This document shows, piece by piece, positions 25,696 to 35,012 of a stretch of 50,955 nt of DNA. Position 1 is the first letter of the stretch. Each line of letters opens with the position of its first letter. The translations under genes were made by a program, and so were the position numbers. The stretch lies in contig MFER01000006.1 in NCBI GenBank assembly GCA_001777655.1, positions 29,859 to 80,813 on the forward strand, given 5' to 3'. The stretch is from Candidatus Doudnabacteria bacterium RIFCSPHIGHO2_02_FULL_43_13b (GTDB lineage: Bacteria; Patescibacteriota; Doudnabacteria; UBA920; O2-02-FULL-48-8). Below the pieces are notes generated by a model. That model searched no databases and had not been told where the DNA came from. It saw only the letters and a program-made list of their open reading frames with translations.

Positions 25696-26019
25696 ATGCC
25701 GCAAGAAAGCACCGAATCAGGAAGAATTCGAATTAAGATTAGAGCTTACGATCATAAGTTAATCGATCAGTCCGCTCGATCGATCGTCGAAACAGCTAAA
25801 CGCACCGGAGCGTCTGTTATCGGTCCGGTGCCACTTCCTACTGAAAAGACTAAGTATACTGTTAACCGTTCTACTTTCGTTCACAAAAACGCTCGCGAAC
25901 AATTCGAGATGCGCATTCATAAAAGATTAATTGACATCACTACGCCAACACCCAAGACTATTGATGCATTATCAAATCTTAATTTACCAGCAGGCGTAGA
26001 CGTCGAAATTAAAATGTGA
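25696..26019 (+). CDS. rpsJ: 30S ribosomal protein S10
   Basis: [16 protein letters not shown]...RLIDI. Confidence 0.95.
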   Translation: MPQESTESGRIRIKIRAYDHKLIDQSARSIVETAKRTGASVIGPVPLPTEKTKYTVNRSTFVHKNAREQFEMRIHKRLIDITTPTPKTIDALSNLNLPAGVDVEIKM

Positions 26020-26245
26020 CGCGAAGCATCAGCGAAGCGTCATCCTGAGCGAGGCCTTACATGGCCGAGTCGAAGGATCTAAAAAATTACTGGTCGATTG
26101 GATTGATCCTCTCGGATATCGCCAATCGAAAGAAGAACTGCTTAGGTTTCTGAAGTTTTCCGAGATCTAAGCGGTTTTTTTTCAGCCTTCGCTAAAGCTA
26201 CGGCGGATTCGTCGAAGCCTTGCGCGTAGGCGAAAAGCCAAGAAT

Positions 26246-26791
26246 ATGACCAAGTTTATACTCGCTGAAAAATTGAATATGTCGCAGATGTTTCTTGCCG
26301 ACGGACGAGTCGTTCCGGTGACGATTCTTAAGGCTGGGCCGGTTAAAATTACCCAAGTAAAATCAGAAGATAAGGATAAATACCAGGCAGTACAAGTAGG
26401 ATTCGGTAAGAAAAAAGCCGAATTTCGAGTGGGGAATGTAAAAGATTATACTTCTGGACAGGAGATTAAGGTTGATTCGTTTGTTATCGGCGACAAAGTT
26501 AAAGTGACCGCACAGATGAAAGGCCGGGGGTTTGCCGGACCGATTAAACGCTACGGATTTAAAGGCGCGCCCGCTTCACACGGCCATGATCACCCCAGAG
26601 CAGTCGGTGCGATTGGCGGCCGTTTTCCCCAGCATGTGCGCAAGGGTTTGCGTATGGCCGGCCGCATGGGCGGAGTTCGAACCGTGAAAAATTTGGAAGT
26701 AATTGATGTTGATGTTGAACGAAACCTGATCGCAGTAAAAGGCGCCGTGCCAGGAGCGCGTGGCGGATTGGTAAAAATTCAATCGATATAG
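26246..26791 (+). CDS. rplC: 50S ribosomal protein L3
   Basis: Position in the operon, and FKGAPASHGH. Confidence 0.9.
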   Translation: MTKFILAEKLNMSQMFLADGRVVPVTILKAGPVKITQVKSEDKDKYQAVQVGFGKKKAEFRVGNVKDYTSGQEIKVDSFVIGDKVKVTAQMKGRGFAGPIKRYGFKGAPASHGHDHPRAVGAIGGRFPQHVRKGLRMAGRMGGVRTVKNLEVIDVDVERNLIAVKGAVPGARGGLVKIQSI

Positions 26792-26793
26792 TT

Positions 26794-27435
26794 ATGCTTA
26801 AAGTAAATGTTTACAATCAGGCCGGTGAAAAAGTTTCAGATTTGGATTTAAACCCAAAGATTTTTGGTTTGGAAAAAATTGATGCCAATTTGGTTCATGC
26901 GGCTGTTCGCACTCAGCGCAATAATATTCGCGGTCCTTGGGCCCACACCAAAATGATGGGTGAAGTCTCAGGTAGTGGCAAGAAACCATGGAAGCAAAAG
27001 GGGACGGGCCGAGCGAGAGTTGGTTCCATCCGATCTCCACTTTGGCGCGGCGGCGGGATTACTTTTGGCCCACGCAAAAACCGCGACTGGTCCTTAAAAC
27101 TAAACCAAAAAGTATTACATAAGGCTTTATTTACTATTCTTTCCGATAAGCTCAACGATAAAAAATTAATTATCGTGGATCAAATCAATGAAGCCGCAAA
27201 AACGAAGGAATTGGCGAATAGATTACGTGATTTGGCCAACAAGGCCGGGTTAGGAAAAAAATATATCCTCATAATTCCAACTCATAATAAGAATCTTGAA
27301 AAAGCCGCCAGAAACTTGGAAAATGTGAAAGTTTTATCCGCCAAACAACTTAATGTTTTAGATTTGTTGCGATACGATGTGATAATTTTAAAAGAGGCCT
27401 TGCCAGTAATTGAACAAACTTATGGCATTCTTTAG
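26794..27435 (+). CDS. rplD: 50S ribosomal protein L4
   Basis: GSGKKPWKQKGTGRARVGS. Confidence 0.92.
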   Translation: MLKVNVYNQAGEKVSDLDLNPKIFGLEKIDANLVHAAVRTQRNNIRGPWAHTKMMGEVSGSGKKPWKQKGTGRARVGSIRSPLWRGGGITFGPRKNRDWSLKLNQKVLHKALFTILSDKLNDKKLIIVDQINEAAKTKELANRLRDLANKAGLGKKYILIIPTHNKNLEKAARNLENVKVLSAKQLNVLDLLRYDVIILKEALPVIEQTYGIL

Positions 27436-27823
27436 TCGAAAAAAAGAAAAGAAGCAGGAAGGCGAGAATGTTTTAGATATGGTCAAAGAAGCACCAAAAC
27501 AGGAGAAGGCTCCGATAGTTTTAAAAGAAGACACTGGACGAGCTCACAGGATTTTATACCATCATCATTTGTCTGAAAAAACTAATCAGTTTTCACAGTC
27601 CGGCCGCTATGTGTTTCGAGTTTCCAAGAAAGCTAACAAAATCGAGGTTAAAAAAGCGATCGAATCAGTCTATGATGTCCACGTAGTCAAAGTTAATATG
27701 ATTAATACTCCCGGCAAGGTTCGTCGCCAAGGGCGGACGTTTGGCCGCACTCAAGATTGGAAAAAAGCAATAGTGACACTTAAAACAGGTGAGCAAATTT
27801 CCGGATTGGCGGAAGGAGTCTAA
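27422..27823 (+). CDS. rplW: 50S ribosomal protein L23 with an N-terminal Lys-rich extension
   Basis: The C-terminal part has KKAIESVYDVHVVKVN. Start is ATG 27422 or TTG 27410. Confidence 0.85.
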   Translation: MAFFSRKKEKKQEGENVLDMVKEAPKQEKAPIVLKEDTGRAHRILYHHHLSEKTNQFSQSGRYVFRVSKKANKIEVKKAIESVYDVHVVKVNMINTPGKVRRQGRTFGRTQDWKKAIVTLKTGEQISGLAEGV

Positions 27824-27824
27824 T

Positions 27825-28658
27825 ATGGCGATTAAGATTTACAAACCAACCTCTCCAGGCAGACGAATCCACTCGGTTACGGATTACTCGATTTTGACGA
27901 AAAACGTTCGGCCGATGAAGTCAAAGATTTTGTCGGTGAAAAAAACCGCCGGTCGAAATAATCAAGGAAAAATTACCATTCGTCATCAAGGCGGCGGGCA
28001 TAAACAAAAAATTCGAGCGCTTGATTTTAGCCGATTAGATAAAATGAATATTCCGGCGAAAGTTGAAACGTTAGAATATGATCCGGGCCGAAGCGCATTT
28101 ATTTCAAGATTAGCTTATCGTGACGGTGAGAAACGTTATATTTTGGCGCCAGACGGTATAAAATTAGGACAAATATTACTAACCGCTGAACGAACCGAGA
28201 TTAAACCCGGTAATCGGTTGACACTCAGACACATTCCGGTTGGGACTTATATCCATGACATTGAGATCAAAGGACAAGGACAAGGGCGGATGGCGAGAGC
28301 GGCCGGAACATACGCAATTGTCCAATCTCAAGAGAATGATTTTAGTAACTTAAAATTACCCTCCGGCGAGATTCGAAAAGTTTCTGGAAATGCTTATGCT
28401 ACAATCGGTCAGGTTTCCAATACAGATTGGATGTATGTTAGAATCGGTAAGGCTGGCAGATCCAGACATATGGGGATCCGACCGAGTGTTCGAGGTAAAG
28501 CCATGAATCCGATTGATCACCCGCACGGTGGCGGCGAAGGCCATAATCCGATTGGTCTGAAATATCCCAAGACCCCTTGGGGCAAACACGCCTTAGGCGT
28601 GAAAACCCGCAACAAGAAGAAGTATTCGAATAAATTTATCGTAAAGAGGAGAAAATAG
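27825..28658 (+). CDS. rplB: 50S ribosomal protein L2
   Basis: [14 protein letters not shown] and HPHGGGEG. ggaaggag RBS. Confidence 0.96.
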   Translation: MAIKIYKPTSPGRRIHSVTDYSILTKNVRPMKSKILSVKKTAGRNNQGKITIRHQGGGHKQKIRALDFSRLDKMNIPAKVETLEYDPGRSAFISRLAYRDGEKRYILAPDGIKLGQILLTAERTEIKPGNRLTLRHIPVGTYIHDIEIKGQGQGRMARAAGTYAIVQSQENDFSNLKLPSGEIRKVSGNAYATIGQVSNTDWMYVRIGKAGRSRHMGIRPSVRGKAMNPIDHPHGGGEGHNPIGLKYPKTPWGKHALGVKTRNKKKYSNKFIVKRRK

Positions 28659-28659
28659 C

Positions 28660-29007
28660 ATGTCACGATCGCTTAAAAAAGGCCCATTTATAGATCCTAA
28701 ACTTTTGGAGAAAATCCAGAAAGTCCGACCTGGCCAGAAAGTTGAGATAAAAACTTGGTCTCGTGATTCCACGATTTTTCCGGAAATGGTTGGCATGACT
28801 TTTTTGGTGCACAACGGGAAAATTTTTACCACAGTGAATGTTTCGGAAAATATGGTGGGTCACAAACTGGGTGAATTTTCACCAACCAGGAAATTTATCA
28901 GGCACGGTGGCCGAATGGCTAAGGACGAAGCGTTGGCAGCCCAAGAGGCTGAAAAACGCTCACTCGAAGCGGCCAAAGCAGAACCCGCAGCAGAGGCTAA
29001 GAAATAA
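28660..29007 (+). CDS. rpsS: 30S ribosomal protein S19 with a C-terminal Ala/Glu-rich extension
   Basis: [10 protein letters not shown] and VHNGK. Confidence 0.95.
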   Translation: MSRSLKKGPFIDPKLLEKIQKVRPGQKVEIKTWSRDSTIFPEMVGMTFLVHNGKIFTTVNVSENMVGHKLGEFSPTRKFIRHGGRMAKDEALAAQEAEKRSLEAAKAEPAAEAKK

Positions 29008-29160
29008 TTTATGCCCAGTAGTAGAAATTTGATGTTTGTCCCGCCCCGGGCGGGACAAACAAGAAAAATCAGAGCAATGAGTCGAATTTCTACTTTTGGC
29101 GCAGTAATTGCGTTAAAGAATAATTATTATAATCATTAATCAAATTTTCACTACTTTGGT
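29008..29160 (+). mobile_element. Miniature IR-bounded element (153 nt), copy 1, rpsS-rplV spacer
   Basis: Near-identical to 30389-30542 and 32085-32238. IR agtagaaatt/aatttctact encloses the hairpin tttgtcccgc-N5-gcgggacaaa. Confidence 0.75.
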
Positions 29161-29727
29161 ATGGCACAAGAAAAGGCACAAACAAGAGAAGTTAAAGCAT
29201 TCGCGCGGTATGTTCATGTTGCCCCCAGAAAGCTGCGCCTAGTCGCTGATATAGTGCGGAGAGCACCCGTTGATGAGGCCTTGGAACAACTGCGGTTTTC
29301 TTCCAAACAGGCGGCGCTGCCATTGACTAAAGTAATAAACTCCGCGATTGCCAACGCTGTCCATAATTTTAATTTGAGAAAAGACGATTTGTTTATTAAA
29401 TCAATCACGATTGATGGAGGCCCAGTTTTCAAAAGATACGCGCCGCGGGCCCAAGGACGGGCATTTGTGGAACGAAAGCGGACAAGTCATATAAATGTAG
29501 TCCTTGAGGCGAAGACGCAAAAAGCTAAGCGCAGACGATCGATTTTTTCACTTCGTCCAAAAACCGAAAGCGCTGAAGAGATTAAAAAACCGGTTGAACA
29601 ACCGCAAGCGGGGAAAGTCCAAACCGCTAAAACGGCACCGAAGCAAGCGCCAAGATCGGTTGAAAAAATTAAACGAAATCTTGTGGATTTAAAACGTCGG
29701 TTATTTAACAGAAGGAGTGGGAGTTAA
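29161..29727 (+). CDS. rplV: 50S ribosomal protein L22 with a long Lys/Arg-rich C-terminal extension
   Basis: The L22 core is followed by about 70 extra residues. Confidence 0.9.
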   Translation: MAQEKAQTREVKAFARYVHVAPRKLRLVADIVRRAPVDEALEQLRFSSKQAALPLTKVINSAIANAVHNFNLRKDDLFIKSITIDGGPVFKRYAPRAQGRAFVERKRTSHINVVLEAKTQKAKRRRSIFSLRPKTESAEEIKKPVEQPQAGKVQTAKTAPKQAPRSVEKIKRNLVDLKRRLFNRRSGS

Positions 29728-29728
29728 A

Positions 29729-30388
29729 ATGGGACAGAAAGTAAACGCCAATAGTTTAAGATTGAACATTACCGATACCTGGAAAAGCAGATGGCTAGCC
29801 AAAACGGGATTTGCCAGGATGCTCGAAGAAGATACTAGGATTCGGGAGTTTTTGTCAAAGCAGCTGAAAAAAGCGGGTTTAGTTCGAGTTGATATTGAAC
29901 GATTTGGAACAACGATCGTGATCACAGTCAAAACCACGAAACCAGGAATGATAATTGGCAAAGGTGGCGGCGGCATCGACGATCTGAAGAAGAAAATTTT
30001 TAAACACTTAAATGTCAGCAAACTTGATTTGAAAATCAATATTGAAGAGGTGAAAGAAATTAATTTACAATCGCAGGTGATAGCGCAAAACATTGCTGAC
30101 CAGATTGAAAAACGAATTGCATTCAGACGTGCGATGAAAGGGGCAATTGAACAAGTTATGGAGTCGGGCGCTTTGGGAGTTAAAATTGAGTGCGCCGGGC
30201 GTTTGGGCGGTTCTGAAATTGCTCGATCTGAAAGGTTATTTAAAGGAAAATTGCCACTGCATACTCTCCGAGCCAACATCGATTTTGCCCGCGTTACTGC
30301 TTATACCACATACGGAACGATTGGAGTGAAGGTCTGGATTAATCGCGGCGAGATTTTCCAAGGTCAGAAGCCAAAGTTAAAAGCTTAA
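29729..30388 (+). CDS. rpsC: 30S ribosomal protein S3
   Basis: MGQKVNANSLRL and a KH domain. The track start 29717 is GTG. Confidence 0.95.
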   Translation: MGQKVNANSLRLNITDTWKSRWLAKTGFARMLEEDTRIREFLSKQLKKAGLVRVDIERFGTTIVITVKTTKPGMIIGKGGGGIDDLKKKIFKHLNVSKLDLKINIEEVKEINLQSQVIAQNIADQIEKRIAFRRAMKGAIEQVMESGALGVKIECAGRLGGSEIARSERLFKGKLPLHTLRANIDFARVTAYTTYGTIGVKVWINRGEIFQGQKPKLKA

Positions 30389-30542
30389 TTTTATGCCCAG
30401 TAGTAGAAATTTGATGTTTGTCCCGCCCGGGGCGGGACAAACAAGAAAAATCAGTGCAATGAGTCGAATTTCTACTTTTGGCGCAGTAATTGCGTTAATG
30501 AATAATTATTATAATCATTAATCAAATTTTCACTACTTTGGT
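30389..30542 (+). mobile_element. Miniature IR-bounded element (154 nt), copy 2, rpsC-rplP spacer
   Basis: See copy 1. Confidence 0.75.
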
Positions 30543-30956
30543 ATGTTAATTCCGAAAAAAGTTAAACATCGAAAGCATCATCGCGGGAAGTCATCTGGCA
30601 AAGCCATGGCCGGGAATGCTATTTCATTTGGTAGTTTTGGTTTGAAGGCAATGGAGAACAGTTGGGTGACCTCACGCCAGATCGAGGCAGCGAGACGAGC
30701 GATGACACGCTATGTTGCTCGCGGAGGAAAAATTTGGATTCGAATTTTTCCAGACAAACCGATAACTTCACACGGCAATGAGTCGCCGATGGGTTCTGGT
30801 AAAGGTGCGGTTGATCATTTTGTGGCGGTCGTGCAGAAAGGACGAATGCTATTTGAAATGGATGGAGTCACGCAGGATCAGGCTGCCGAGGCAATGCGAC
30901 TTGCGTCTCACAAGTTACCCATTAAGACAAAGTTTATAACCAAGGAGCGCGTTTAA
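30543..30956 (+). CDS. rplP: 50S ribosomal protein L16
   Basis: [15 protein letters not shown]. Confidence 0.95.
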   Translation: MLIPKKVKHRKHHRGKSSGKAMAGNAISFGSFGLKAMENSWVTSRQIEAARRAMTRYVARGGKIWIRIFPDKPITSHGNESPMGSGKGAVDHFVAVVQKGRMLFEMDGVTQDQAAEAMRLASHKLPIKTKFITKERV

Positions 30957-30957
30957 T

Positions 30958-31152
30958 ATGAAAATGAAAGAGCTACGGGTTAAAAGTGAGAAAGAATTAC
31001 GCCGACAGCTTTCGAGTTTACGCGAGCAGCTTCGGGATTTATCTTTTAAAATTCACTCCAAGGAAGTTAAGAACAATCATTTACTTAAAGTGGTAAAAAA
31101 AGATATTGCCAGGATTTTAACAGTTATTAACAGTAAAACCTATGCCAAATAA
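30958..31152 (+). CDS. rpmC: 50S ribosomal protein L29
   Basis: Size, position and an L29-like helical sequence. Confidence 0.9.
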   Translation: MKMKELRVKSEKELRRQLSSLREQLRDLSFKIHSKEVKNNHLLKVVKKDIARILTVINSKTYAK

Positions 31153-31384
31153 TATTCGGAGAAAATTAGCCGGAGAGATTATTTCGAGTAAGATGAACCA
31201 CACGGTAATTGTGAAAGTAGAGGCAGTTAAGGTTCATCCCAAGTATCATAAAAGGTATAAGGTTTCGAAAAAATATCCAGCGCATACGGATACTGATGAG
31301 TTTAAAATGGGCGACAAAGTTATGATTGAAGAGAGCCGTCCTTATAGTAAGACCGTTCATTGGAAAGTAATTAGTAAAGTGTGA
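31142..31384 (+). CDS. rpsQ: 30S ribosomal protein S17
   Basis: Position, and GEIISSKMNHTVIVKVE. Confidence 0.92.
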   Translation: MPNNIRRKLAGEIISSKMNHTVIVKVEAVKVHPKYHKRYKVSKKYPAHTDTDEFKMGDKVMIEESRPYSKTVHWKVISKV

Positions 31385-31398
31385 TAAATTAAAAACGA

Positions 31399-31770
31399 AT
31401 GATTCAACTTCGAACCAGATTAACAGTTGCGGACAACACGGGGGCCAGAGAATTGGCTGTATTTGGTGTGTCTGGAAAAAATCGCCGTCGAGTAGCCCGG
31501 TTAGGAGATATCGTGGCCGCTTCGGTAAAAATCGCCACACCCAAAGGCCAGGTCAAAAAAGGGGATAAAGTTTATGCAGTGATCGTTCGGACGAGAAAAG
31601 AAGTGAGAAGAGCCGATGGTTCCTATATTCGCTTTGATGATAACGCGGCCGTTTTGGTGAATAAGGACGATCCACAGCCTCGGGGTAGTCGTATTTTTGG
31701 ACCAATCCCACGGGAACTCCGAGACCTTGGTTTTACAAAAATTATTTCATTAGCAGAGGAAGTAGTATGA
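31399..31770 (+). CDS. rplN: 50S ribosomal protein L14
   Basis: [16 protein letters not shown]. Confidence 0.96.
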   Translation: MIQLRTRLTVADNTGARELAVFGVSGKNRRRVARLGDIVAASVKIATPKGQVKKGDKVYAVIVRTRKEVRRADGSYIRFDDNAAVLVNKDDPQPRGSRIFGPIPRELRDLGFTKIISLAEEVV

Positions 31771-32084
31771 AGATCCGTTTGAATATAAAAAAAGGCGATA
31801 ACGTCAGAGTACTATCCGGTAAAGATCGTGGGAAAAGCGGCAAGGTTTTGGATGTGTTTCCCAAAAAACACAAAGTGGTTGTGGAAGGTTTAAATATTCA
31901 TGTTCGATTTTCTAAAGCCCGCAGACAAAACGAAAAAGGCCAGCGTTTAGAATTGCCGGCTCCAATGACAGTTGCGAAATTGATGTTGATTTGTCCGTCT
32001 TGTGGTAAACTAACACGAGTTGCCCATGAAGTTATGGATAATGGGATATTTAGAAAATGTAAAAAATGTGGCAAAAGGATTTAA
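31767..32084 (+). CDS. rplX: 50S ribosomal protein L24 (with a CxxC..CxxC zinc-ribbon tail)
   Basis: [20 protein letters not shown]. Confidence 0.93.
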   Translation: MKIRLNIKKGDNVRVLSGKDRGKSGKVLDVFPKKHKVVVEGLNIHVRFSKARRQNEKGQRLELPAPMTVAKLMLICPSCGKLTRVAHEVMDNGIFRKCKKCGKRI

Positions 32085-32238
32085 TTTTATGCCCAGTAGT
32101 AGAAATTTGATGTTTGTCCCGCTCCAGGCGGGACAAACAAGAAAAATCAGTGCAATGAGTCGAATTTCTACTTTTGGCGCAGTAATTGCGTTAATGAATA
32201 ATTATTATAATCATTAATCAAATTTTCACTACTTTGGT
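32085..32238 (+). mobile_element. Miniature IR-bounded element (154 nt), copy 3, rplX-rplE spacer
   Basis: See copy 1. Confidence 0.75.
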
Positions 32239-32778
32239 ATGAGTCTCAAGACCGTCTATAAAGAAAAAATTATTAATAATTTACGAAAAAGCCTAGGTTT
32301 AACCAACCCGCTGGCAGTGCCGCGTGTGGAAAAAGTTGTTGTCAATGTTGGCGTGGGCAAGACCCTGAAGGATCCTAAAATGTTGGAATCGATTATAGAA
32401 GATTTAAAACAGATCACTGGCCAAGCCCCGGTTAAAACATTGGCAAAAAAATCCGTTTCTGGATTTAAAATTCGCGAAGGCCAGGTTGTGGGTTTGATGG
32501 TTACACTGCGAGGAGACCGGATGTATGATTTTTTGGAAAAATTGGTAAAAATTTCCATCCCGCGGGTTCGTGATTTTCGGGGCCTGGATCCGAAGAAGTT
32601 CGATCGACATGGCAATTATAATATTGGATTTAGAGAACAAATCGTTTTTCCCGAAACCACTAGAGAGCACATGGATTATACGTTTGGTTTAGAAGTTAAC
32701 ATTCAGACGAACACTAATAATGACCACAAGGCCTTGGAACTACTCAAGTCCTTAGGGTTTCCCTTTATGAAGGAATAA
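32239..32778 (+). CDS. rplE: 50S ribosomal protein L5
   Basis: Position and L5 motifs (NPLAVPRVEKVVVN). Confidence 0.95.
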   Translation: MSLKTVYKEKIINNLRKSLGLTNPLAVPRVEKVVVNVGVGKTLKDPKMLESIIEDLKQITGQAPVKTLAKKSVSGFKIREGQVVGLMVTLRGDRMYDFLEKLVKISIPRVRDFRGLDPKKFDRHGNYNIGFREQIVFPETTREHMDYTFGLEVNIQTNTNNDHKALELLKSLGFPFMKE

Positions 32779-32784
32779 ATCAAT

Positions 32785-32979
32785 ATGGCGACAAAAGCTC
32801 AAACAATTAAATCTTTCCGGTCTCGAACTAAACCCAAATACTCTACCCGCGTAGTTCGACGTTGTTGGCGTTGCGGCCGTAAACATGGGTATATGCGCGA
32901 CTTCAACCTTTGCCGGATTTGTTTTCGAGAACTAGCAAGCAACGGCGAGATTCCTGGCATCGTAAAATCTAGTTGGTAA
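32785..32979 (+). CDS. rpsZ: 30S ribosomal protein S14 type Z (zinc-binding)
   Basis: 64 aa. CWRCGR...CRICFRE. Confidence 0.93.
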   Translation: MATKAQTIKSFRSRTKPKYSTRVVRRCWRCGRKHGYMRDFNLCRICFRELASNGEIPGIVKSSW

Positions 32980-32983
32980 ATTT

Positions 32984-33382
32984 ATGACAATGACTGACAC
33001 AATTTCTGACATGTTAACCAGAATAAGGAACGCCCTGATGGCCAAAAAATCAGAGGTGGTTTTACCATATTCTAAATTCAAAGATAGTTTGGCGAAAGTC
33101 CTGGTCAGCGAAGGATGGTTAAAGAGCGTTGAAGTCAAAGACGTTGAAGGATTTAAACATTTGGCTTTAGAGCTTAAATATGACCCACAGGGATTGCCCG
33201 TGATCTCAGAGATTAAAAGGGTTAGTAAACCTGGTCAGAGAATTTATGCCTCCAGGCTTAAAGTTCCCAAAGTATTAGGTGGTATGGGAACTACGATTGT
33301 TTCGACTTCGAAAGGATTAATGACGGACAAAGAAGCGCGCAAAAATAAGGTGGGCGGCGAAGTTGTCTGCCAGATTTGGTAA
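32984..33382 (+). CDS. rpsH: 30S ribosomal protein S8
   Basis: DTISDMLTRIRNA. Confidence 0.95.
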   Translation: MTMTDTISDMLTRIRNALMAKKSEVVLPYSKFKDSLAKVLVSEGWLKSVEVKDVEGFKHLALELKYDPQGLPVISEIKRVSKPGQRIYASRLKVPKVLGGMGTTIVSTSKGLMTDKEARKNKVGGEVVCQIW

Positions 33383-33390
33383 TAATTATT

Positions 33391-33948
33391 ATGTCTAGAA
33401 TAGGTAAAAAACCAATTCATATTCCATCCAATGTTACAATGGAAACCAAAGGACAAACCCTGAAGGTTAAAGGACCTAAAGGTGAATTAACCTTGCTTAT
33501 GCACCCCCACATCAGTGTTGGGGTAACTGACGACTCGCAAATGACTGTGGCGGTTCGATCCAAAGAAAATCGAAACGACAAAGCGCTATGGGGATTGTTT
33601 CGTTCTTTGATTCAAAACATGATCAGTGGCGTAACTACTGGGTTTACCAAAGTTTTGGAAATTAACGGAGTTGGATATAAAGCGGCCATGAGTGGCAATA
33701 AATTAGTTTTAAATTTAGGATTTTCCCACCCGATTGAATTACCTCTCCCTGTCGGATTAGAAGTTAAAGTAGATAAAAATACGATTACGATTGCCGGATC
33801 AGATAAACAAATTGTTGGGCAATTTGCGGCAGTGGTCAGATCCAAAAGACCACCAGAGCCTTATAAAGGGAAAGGAATTAAGTATCAAGATGAGGTAATT
33901 CGCCGAAAAGCAGGCAAGGTCGTCAAGGCCGTTGGCGGAGGTAAATAG
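33391..33948 (+). CDS. rplF: 50S ribosomal protein L6
   Basis: MSRIGKKPI. Confidence 0.94.
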   Translation: MSRIGKKPIHIPSNVTMETKGQTLKVKGPKGELTLLMHPHISVGVTDDSQMTVAVRSKENRNDKALWGLFRSLIQNMISGVTTGFTKVLEINGVGYKAAMSGNKLVLNLGFSHPIELPLPVGLEVKVDKNTITIAGSDKQIVGQFAAVVRSKRPPEPYKGKGIKYQDEVIRRKAGKVVKAVGGGK

Positions 33949-33950
33949 GG

Positions 33951-34292
33951 ATGAACAAGCAATCACTTCGACAACTAAGACACCGCCGCGTCCGGGCTCG
34001 AGTAATCGGAAAGCACGACAAACCACGTTTAAACGTCTTCCGTTCACTTAATCATATCTATGTACAATTAATAGATGATGAAGCGGGCAAGACTCTGGCC
34101 GCCGCCTCAAGCAAGGAGATTAAGACTAAGGCTAAGAAACTAGATCTGGCCGCAGGGGTTGGCAAACTTGTGGCTGAAAGAGCCTTGAAGCTTGGCATTA
34201 AAAAAGTAGTTTTTGACCGGGGCGGTTATCAGTATCATGGCCGAATTAAACAATTAGCAGACGCGGCACGAGTCGCGGGTTTGGAGTTTTAA
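33951..34292 (+). CDS. rplR: 50S ribosomal protein L18
   Basis: [20 protein letters not shown]. Confidence 0.94.
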   Translation: MNKQSLRQLRHRRVRARVIGKHDKPRLNVFRSLNHIYVQLIDDEAGKTLAAASSKEIKTKAKKLDLAAGVGKLVAERALKLGIKKVVFDRGGYQYHGRIKQLADAARVAGLEF

Positions 34293-34296
34293 TTAT

Positions 34297-34797
34297 ATGA
34301 TAAGAAGATCAGGACGAGGACGGTCCCACGGAGAGAGCGCCAAAAGAGATTTTGAACAAAAAGTCGTCGAAGTAAAACGAGTAACTCGTGTAGTTGCTGG
34401 TGGCAAACGTATGCGTTTTAGGGCGTTGGTTGTTATTGGTGACAAGAAGGGTCGGGTGGGCATGGGGCTTTGTAAAGGAGCTGACGTCTCAGAGGCGGTT
34501 AACAAGGCGGTCAATGCTGCAAAAAAAACCATGGTCAGCGTTAATTTACTCAACGATACCATTCCACACGAGGTTAAATTAAAATATAAATCGTCAGTGG
34601 TATTCTTAAAACCGGCGCAGCCAGGAACTGGAATAATCGCCGGTGGCGCGATTCGCTCAGTACTTGATTTAGTGGGAGTAAAAAATGTATTATCGAAAAT
34701 GCTCGGCTCTTCCAATAAGGTTAATAATGTAACTGCAACTTACTTGGCCTTGATGAAACTGCGGACCAAAGAAGCAATTGCCAATTTGAGGAAATAA
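34297..34797 (+). CDS. rpsE: 30S ribosomal protein S5
   Basis: VVEVKRVTRVVAGGKRMRF and GTGIIAGG. Confidence 0.95.
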   Translation: MIRRSGRGRSHGESAKRDFEQKVVEVKRVTRVVAGGKRMRFRALVVIGDKKGRVGMGLCKGADVSEAVNKAVNAAKKTMVSVNLLNDTIPHEVKLKYKSSVVFLKPAQPGTGIIAGGAIRSVLDLVGVKNVLSKMLGSSNKVNNVTATYLALMKLRTKEAIANLRK

Positions 34798-34801
34798 ATC
34801 T

Positions 34802-35002
34802 ATGCCCAGTAATACAACTTTCCGCGTGTTCTTTTATACCTACGTGCTTGAAAGTTTAACAGACGGTAACTGTTATATCGGTTATACAGAAAAAGATGCC
34901 AAACGCCGCGAGAAGTATTTAAAAACAACCCAAGGCCGTCGATTCCTGGGATTAAGATTATTAGAGTACAAACGTCAACGGGCGTTTGGCACGGAAAGTT
35001 GA
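34802..35002 (+). pseudogene. Internally deleted GIY-YIG nuclease remnant bounded by 19-nt inverted repeats
   Basis: FFYTYVLESLTDGNCYIGYTE then directly DAKRREKYLKTTQGRRFL. The middle of the domain (..RL..HN...PW.L.Y.E.F..) is missing. IRs at 34805-34823 and 34993-35011. Confidence 0.6.
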
Positions 35003-35012
35003 TATACTGGGT

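Noticed and set aside
29011-29139. A 42-codon ORF (MPSSRNLMFVPPRAGQTRKIRAMSRISTFGAVIALKNNYYNH) is present in all three ribosomal-operon repeats (also 30392-30520 and 32089-32217, the latter inside track ORF 32020-32217).
   Set aside because: All differences between copies are non-synonymous and cluster in the loop of a conserved hairpin, while the stems are preserved. No RBS is present. This is better explained as an RNA/DNA element than as a peptide gene.
29701-30279. A 192-aa minus-strand ORF. Similar long antisense ORFs occur at 49767-50483 (238 aa), 34293-34715 (140 aa), 21627-22025, 3428-3787 and 44387-44737.
   Set aside because: Each lies entirely antisense to a well-supported conserved gene (rpsC, 2-hydroxyacid dehydrogenase, rpsE, fusA, tatD, rpe). 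They have low-complexity, unfamiliar sequences and are classic shadow ORFs.
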